Positions 57,023 through 64,000 of a DNA stretch of 64,000 nt are shown here, one piece after another. The notes below the pieces were generated by a model. That model was not told the DNA's origin. It did not search any database and saw only the letters and a program-made list of their open reading frames with translations. The position numbers and the translations under genes are program-made. Source of the DNA: Paragordius varius (lineage: Eukaryota; Animalia; Nematomorpha); contig OZ176056.1 in assembly GCA_964247055.1 (NCBI GenBank), forward strand, positions 434,001 to 498,000, written 5' to 3'. Within the stretch, counting starts at the first letter, position 1; the number at the start of each line of letters is the position of its first letter.

Positions 57023-60000
57023 TTAAAAATCGGATATTGGTCACCGGTGAACAAAACTATTTTTTATACATTCTCTTAGTAAGACTACATCAAAATATAG
57101 AGATAGTTTGACAAACTCTTTCATATCCGATTTTTACAACGATACTTTAAAAATTAATGTATTAAATTAGTCGCATCAATACTCAAGTTAAACTTTGTCC
57201 TTAAAAATCGGATATTGGTCACGGGTGAACAAAATTATTTTTTATACATTCTCTTAGTAGGACTACATCAAAATATAGAGATAGTTTGGCAAACTGTTTC
57301 ATATCCGATTTTTACAACGATACTTTAAAAATTAATGTATAAAACTAGTCGCATCAATACTCAAGTTAAAATTTGTCCTTAAAAATCGGATATTGGTCAC
57401 CGGTGAACAAAATTATTTTTTATACATTCTCTTAGTAAGACTACATCAAAATATAGAAATAGTTTGACAAACTCTTTCATATCCGATTTTTACAACGATA
57501 CTTAAAAATTAATGTTTTAAACTAGTCGCATCAATACTCAAGCTAAACATTGTTCTTAAAAATCGGATATTGGTCACCGGTGAACAAAACTATTTTTTAT
57601 ACATTCTCTTAGTAAGACTACATCAAAATATAGAGATAGTTTGACAAACTCTTTCATATCCGATTTTTACAACGATACTTTAAAAATTAATGTATTAAAT
57701 TAGTCGCATCAATACTCAAGTTAAACTTTGTCCTTAAAAATCGGATATTGGTCACCGGTGAACAAAACTATTTTTTATACATTCTCTTAGTAAGACTACA
57801 TCAAAATATAGAGATAGTTTGACAAACTCTTTCATATCCGATTTTTACAACGATACTTTAAAAATTAATGTATTAAATTAGTCGCATCAATACTCAAGTT
57901 AAACTTTGTCCTTAAAAATCGGATATTGGTCACGGGTGAACAAAATTATTTTTTATACATTCTCTTAGTAAGACTACATCAAAATATAGAAATAGTTTGA
58001 CAAACTCTTTCATATCCGATTTTTACAACGATACTTAAAAATTAATGTTTTAAACTAGTCGCATCAATACTCAAGCTAAACATTGTTCTTAAAAATCGGA
58101 TATTGGTCACCGGTGAACAAAACTATTTTTTATACATTCTCTTAGTAGGACTACATCAAAATATAGAGATAGTTTGGCAAACTGTTTCATATCCGATTTT
58201 TACAACGATACTTTAAAAATTAATGTATAAAACTAGTCGCATCAATACTCAAGTTAAAATTTGTCCTTAAAAATCGGATATTGGTCACCGGTGAACAAAA
58301 TTATTTTTTATACATTCTCTTAGTAAGACTACATCAAAATATAGAAATAGTTTGACAAACTCTTTCATATCCGATTTTTACAACGATACTTAAAAATTAA
58401 TGTTTTAAACTAGTCGCATCAATACTCAAGCTAAACATTGTTCTTAAAAATCGGATATTGGTCACCGGTGAACAAAACTATTTTTTATACATTCTCTTAG
58501 TAAGACTACATCAAAATATAGAGATAGTTTGACAAACTCTTTCATATCCGATTTTTACAACGATACTTTAAAAATTAATGTATTAAATTAGTCGCATCAA
58601 TACTCAAGTTAAACTTTGTCCTTAAAAATCGGATATTGGTCACCGGTGAACAAAACTATTTTTTATACATTCTCTTAGTAAGACTACATCAAAATATAGA
58701 GATAGTTTGACAAACTCTTTCATATCCGATTTTTACAACGATACTTTAAAAATTAATGTATTAAATTAGTCGCATCAATACTCAAGTTAAACTTTGTCCT
58801 TAAAAATCGGATATTGGTCACGGGTGAACAAAATTATTTTTTATACATTCTCTTAGTAAGACTACATCAAAATATAGAAATAGTTTGACAAACTCTTTCA
58901 TATCCGATTTTTACAACGATACTTAAAAATTAATGTTTTAAACTAGTCGCATCAATACTCAAGCTAAACATTGTTCTTAAAAATCGGATATTGGTCACCG
59001 GTGAACAAAACTATTTTTTATACATTCTCTTAGTAAGACTACATCAAAATATAGAGATAGTTTGACAAACTCTTTCATATCCGATTTTTACAACGATACT
59101 TTAAAAATTAATGTATTAAATTAGTCGCATCAATACTCAAGTTAAACTTTGTCCTTAAAAATCGGATATTGGTCACGGGTGAACAAAATTATTTTTTATA
59201 CACTCTCTTAGTAGGACTACATCAAAATATAGAGATAGTTTGGCAAACTGTTTCATATCCGATTTTTACAACGATACTTTAAAAATTAATGTATAAAACT
59301 AGTCGCATCAATACTCAAGTTAAAATTTGTCCTTAAAAATCGGATATTGGTCACCGGTGAACAAAATTATTTTTTATACATTCTCTTAGTAAGACTACAT
59401 CAAAATATAGAAATAGTTTGACAAACTCTTTCATATCCGATTTTTACAACGATACTTAAAAATTAATGTTTTAAACTAGTCGCATCAATACTCAAGCTAA
59501 ACATTGTTCTTAAAAATCGGATATTGGTCACCGGTGAACAAAACTATTTTTTATACATTCTCTTAGTAAGACTACATCAAAATATAGAGATAGTTTGACA
59601 AACTCTTTCATATCCGATTTTTACAACGATACTTTAAAAATTAATGTATTAAATTAGTCGCATCAATACTCAAGTTAAACTTTGTCCTTAAAAATCGGAT
59701 ATTGGTCACCGGTGAACAAAACTATTTTTTATACATTCTCTTAGTAAGACTACATCAAAATATAGAGATAGTTTGACAAACTCTTTCATATCCGATTTTT
59801 ACAACGATACTTTAAAAATTAATGTATTAAATTAGTCGCATCAATACTCAAGTTAAACTTTGTCCTTAAAAATCGGATATTGGTCACGGGTGAACAAAAT
59901 TATTTTTTATACATTCTCTTAGTAAGACTACATCAAAATATAGAAATAGTTTGACAAACTCTTTCATATCCGATTTTTACAACGATACTTAAAAATTAAT

Positions 60001-60345
60001 GTTTTAAACTAGTCGCATCAATACTCAAGCTAAACATTGTTCTTAAAAATCGGATATTGGTCACCGGTGAACAAAACTATTTTTTATACATTCTCTTAGT
60101 AGGACTACATCAAAATATAGAGATAGTTTGGCAAACTGTTTCATATCCGATTTTTACAACGATACTTTAAAAATTAATGTATAAAACTAGTCGCATCAAT
60201 ACTCAAGTTAAAATTTGTCCTTAAAAATCGGATATTGGTCACCGGTGAACAAAATTATTTTTTATACATTCTCTTAGTAAGACTACATCAAAATATAGAA
60301 ATAGTTTGACAAACTCTTTCATATCCGATTTTTACAACGATACTT
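57023..60345. repeat. Local HOR, 1954-bp (11-monomer) period built from ~533-bp 3-mer subunits
   Basis: aagttaaaatttg 57363/59317 and 58251/60205; aatgtttt at 57511, 58044, 58399, 58932, 59465 and 59998. Confidence 0.8.
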
Positions 60346-61299
60346 TAAAAATTAATGTATTAAATTAGTCGCATCAATACTCAAGTTAAACTTTGTCCTT
60401 AAAAATCGGATATTGGTCACCGGTGAACAAAACTATTTTTTATACATTCTCTTAGTAAGACTACATCAAAATATAGAGATAGTTTGACAAACTCTTTCAT
60501 ATCCGATTTTTACAACGATACTTTAAAAATTAATGTATTAAATTAGTCGCATCAATACTCAAGTTAAACTTTGTCCTTAAAAATCGGATATTGGTCACGG
60601 GTGAACAAAATTATTTTTTATACATTCTCTTAGTAAGACTACATCAAAATATAGAAATAGTTTGACAAACTCTTTCATATCCGATTTTTACAACGATACT
60701 TAAAAATTAATGTTTTAAACTAGTCGCATCAATACTCAAGCTAAACATTGTTCTTAAAAATCGGATATTGGTCACCGGTGAACAAAACTATTTTTTATAC
60801 ATTCTCTTAGTAAGACTAAAATATAGAGATAGTTTGACAAACTCTTTCATATCCGATTTTTACAACGATACTTTAAAAATTAATGTATTAAATTAGTCGC
60901 ATCAATACTCAAGTTAAACTTTGTCCTTAAAAATCGGATATTGGTCACGGGTGAACAAAACTATTTTTTATACATTCTCTTAGTAAGACTACATCAAAAT
61001 ATAGATATAGTTTGACAAACTCTTTCATATCCGATTTTTACAACGATACTTTTTTAAAATTATGGTATTAAACCAGTCGCATCAATACTCAAGTTAAACT
61101 TTGTCCTTAAAAATCGGATATTGGTCACCGGTGAACAAAATTATTTTATATACTCTTAGTAAGACTACATCAAAATATAGAGATAGTTTGACAAACTCTT
61201 TCATATCCGATTTTTACAACGATACTTTAAAAATTATGGTATTAAACCAGACAATCAATACTCAAGTTAAAATTTGTCCTTAAAAATCGGATATTGGTC

Positions 61300-64000
61300 A
61301 CCGGTGAACAAAATTATATTTTATACATTCTCTTAGTAAGACTACATCAAAATATAGAAATAGTTTGACAAGCTCTTTCATATCCGATTTTTACAATGAT
61401 ACTTTAAAAATTATGGTATTAAACCAGTCGCATCAATACTCAAGTTAAACTTTGTCCTTAAAAATCGGATATTGGTCACCGGTGAACAAAACTATTTTTT
61501 ATACATTCTCTTAGTAAGACTACATCAACTATAGAGATAATTTGACAAACTCTTTCAAATCCGATTTTTACAACGATACTTTAAAAATTAATGTATATAA
61601 CTAGTCGTATCAATAAATCGCATCAATACTCAAGTTAAACTTTGTCCTTAAAAATCGGATATTGGTCACCGGTGAACAAAATTATTTTTTATACATTCTC
61701 TTAGTAGGACTACATCAAAATATAGAGATAGTTTGGGAAACTGTTTCATATCCGATTTTTACAACGATACTTTAAAAATTAATGTATAAAACTAGTCGCA
61801 TCAATACTCAAGTTAAACTTTGTCCTTAAAAATCGAATATTGGTCACCGGTGAACAAAATTATTCTTTATACATTCTCTTAGTTTACTACATCAAAATAT
61901 AGAAATAGTTTGACAAACTCTTTCATATCCGATTTTTACAACGATACTTTAAAAATTAATGTATTAAACCAGTCGCATCAATACTCAAGTTAAACTTTGT
62001 CCTTAAAAATCGGATATTGGTCACCGGTGCACAAATTTATTTTTTATATATTCTCTTAGTAAGACTACATCAAAATATAGAGATAGTTTGACAAACTCTT
62101 TCATATCCGATTTTTACAACGATACTTTAAAAATTAATGTATAAAACTAGTCGCATCAATACTCAAGTTAAACTTTGTCCTTAAAAATCGGATATTGGTC
62201 ACCGGTGAAAAAAATTATTTTATATACATTCTCTTAGTAAGACTACATCAAAATATAGAGATAGTTTGACAAACTCTTTCCTATCCGATTTTTACAACGA
62301 TACTTTAAAAATTATGGTATTAAACCAGTCGCATCAATACTCAAGTTAAACTTTGTCCTTACAAATCGGATATTGGTCACCGGTGAACAAAATTATTTTT
62401 TAAACATTCTCTTAGTAAGACTACATCAAAATATAGAAATAGTTTGACAAACTCTTTCATATCCGATTTTTACAACGATACTTAAAAATTAATGTATTAA
62501 ACTAGTCGCATCAATACTCAAGCTAAACATTGTCCTTAAAAATCGGATATTGGTCACCGGTGAACAAAACTATTTTTTATACATTCTCTTAGTAAGACTA
62601 CATCAAAATATAGAGATAGTTTGACAAACTCTTTCATATCCGATTTTTACAACGATACTTAAAAATTAATGTATTAAACTAGTCGCATCAATACTCAAGC
62701 TAAACATTGTCCTTAAAAATCGGATATTGGTCACCGGTGAACAAAACTATTTTTTATACATTCTCTTAGTAAGACTACATCAAAATATAGAGATAGTTTG
62801 ACTAACTCTTTCATATCCGATTTTTACAACGATACTTTAAAAATTAATGTATTAAACTAGTCGCATCAATACTCAAGTTAAACTTTGTCCTTAAAAATCG
62901 GATATTGGTCACGGGTGAACCAAATTATTTTTTATACATTCTCTTACTAAGACTACATCAAAATATAGAGATAGTTTGACTAACTCTTTCATATCCGATT
63001 TTTACAACGATACTTAAAAATTAATGTATTAAACTAGTCGCATCAATACTCAAGCTAAACATTGTCCTTAAAAATCGGATATTGGTCACCGGTGAACAAA
63101 ATTATTTTTTATACATTCTCTTAGTAGGACTACATCAAAATATAGAGATAGTTTGACAAACTCTTTCATATCCGATTTTTACAACGATACTTAAAAATTA
63201 ATGTTTTAAACTAGTCGCATCAATACTCAAGCTAAACATTGTTCTTAAAAATCGGATATTGGTCACCGGTGAACAAAACTATTTTTTATACATTCTCTTA
63301 GTAAGACTACATCAAAATATAGAGATAGTTTGACAAACTCTTTCATATCCGATTTTTACAACGATACTTTAAAAATTAATGTATTAAATTAGTCGCATCA
63401 ATACTCAAGTTAAACTTTGTCCTTAAAAATCGGATATTGGTCACGGGTGAACAAAACTATTTTTTATACATTCTCTTTGTAAGACTACATCAAAATATAG
63501 ATATAGTTTGACAAACTCTTTCATATCCGATTTTTACAACGATACTTTAAAAATTAATGTATTAAATTAGTCGCATCAATACTCAAGTTAAACTTTGTCC
63601 TTAAAAATCGGATATTGGTCACCGGTGAACAAAATTATATTTTATACTTTCTCTTAGTAAGACTACATCAAAATATAGAAATAGTTTGACAAACTCTTTC
63701 ATATCCGATTTTTACAATGATACTTTAAAAATTATGGTATTAAACCAGTCGCATCAATACTCAAGTTAAACTTTGTCCTTAAAAATCGGATATTGGTCAC
63801 CGGTGAACAAAACTATTTTTTATACATTCTCTTAGTAAGACTACATCAACTATAGAGATAATTTGACAAACTCTTTCAAATCCGATTTTTACAACGATAC
63901 TTTAAAAATTAATGTATATAACTAGTCGTATCAATAAATCGCATCAATACTCAAGTTAAACTTTGTCCTTAAAAATCGGATATTGGTCACCGGTGAACAA
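61300..64000. repeat. Local HOR, 2321-bp (13-monomer) offset, truncated by the window end
   Basis: ttacaatgat 61391/63712 and tctttcaaat 61551/63872; the gtatataac variant is also paired. Confidence 0.75.

Larger units (their letters stand above)
1..64000. repeat. Satellite DNA array, ~178-bp AT-rich monomer, ~360 head-to-tail copies, running off both window edges
   Basis: The motif ggtcaccggtgaac recurs at 158, 336, 514 and 692 (178-bp spacing) and continues to the end of the window. Every part read matches the same monomer in the same orientation. GC is 51/178 in the consensus. Confidence 0.99.

Noticed and set aside
61101-61283. Second 60-aa ORF, nearly identical to the first
   Set aside because: It is the same variant monomer 4435 bp away. 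The similarity reflects repeat duplication, not protein conservation.
1-64000. CRISPR array (regularly spaced palindromic motif)
   Set aside because: The sequence between the palindromes is as conserved as the palindromes themselves, so there are no unique spacers. The period is 178 bp and no cas genes are present.
1-64000. Assignment to a known family (Arabidopsis 178-bp centromeric repeat, primate alpha satellite, Drosophila 359-bp repeat)
   Set aside because: Only the length is similar. The sequence does not match those consensuses as I recall them, and a database search is needed.
1-64000. Inversions or transposon insertions within the array
   Set aside because: None were seen. Every part read keeps the same orientation and register, and the largest indels are the 13-bp insert or whole monomers.
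1-64000. Strongly phased A-tracts giving intrinsic curvature
   Set aside because: A/T tracts are abundant, but I could not see convincing ~10.5-bp phasing by eye. A curvature calculation would be needed.

Overview
The whole 64 kb window is one uninterrupted head-to-tail tandem array (satellite DNA) of an AT-rich (~29% GC) ~178-bp monomer, about 360 copies, all in the same orientation. Consensus read by eye: aaaattattttttatacattctcttagtaagactacatcaaaatatagagatagtttgacaaactctttcatatccgatttttacaacgatactttaaaaattatggtattaaaccagtcgcatcaatactcaagttaaactttgtccttaaaaatcggatattggtcaccggtgaac. I see no credible genes, RNA genes, transposons or CRISPR array; the two 60-aa ORFs are by-products of indel variants. 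The length and organisation are typical of eukaryotic (peri)centromeric or heterochromatic satellite, but I cannot name the family or host. The information lies in the variant pattern: (i) a near-identical ~18-kb tandem duplication (17.8-35.9 kb and 35.9-54.1 kb); (ii) nested local higher-order repeats (HORs) with periods of 534, ~1070, 1079, 1259, 1263, 1598, 1954, 2161, 2321, 3045 and 3235 bp; (iii) a one-monomer replacement and a one-monomer gain that distinguish the two 18-kb copies; (iv) a monomer dense in dyads and inverted repeats; (v) a mutation cluster that looks like inverted-repeat template switching. I found no evidence of a novel protein-coding system. All periods come from manually matching diagnostic variants, and most boundaries are approximate.
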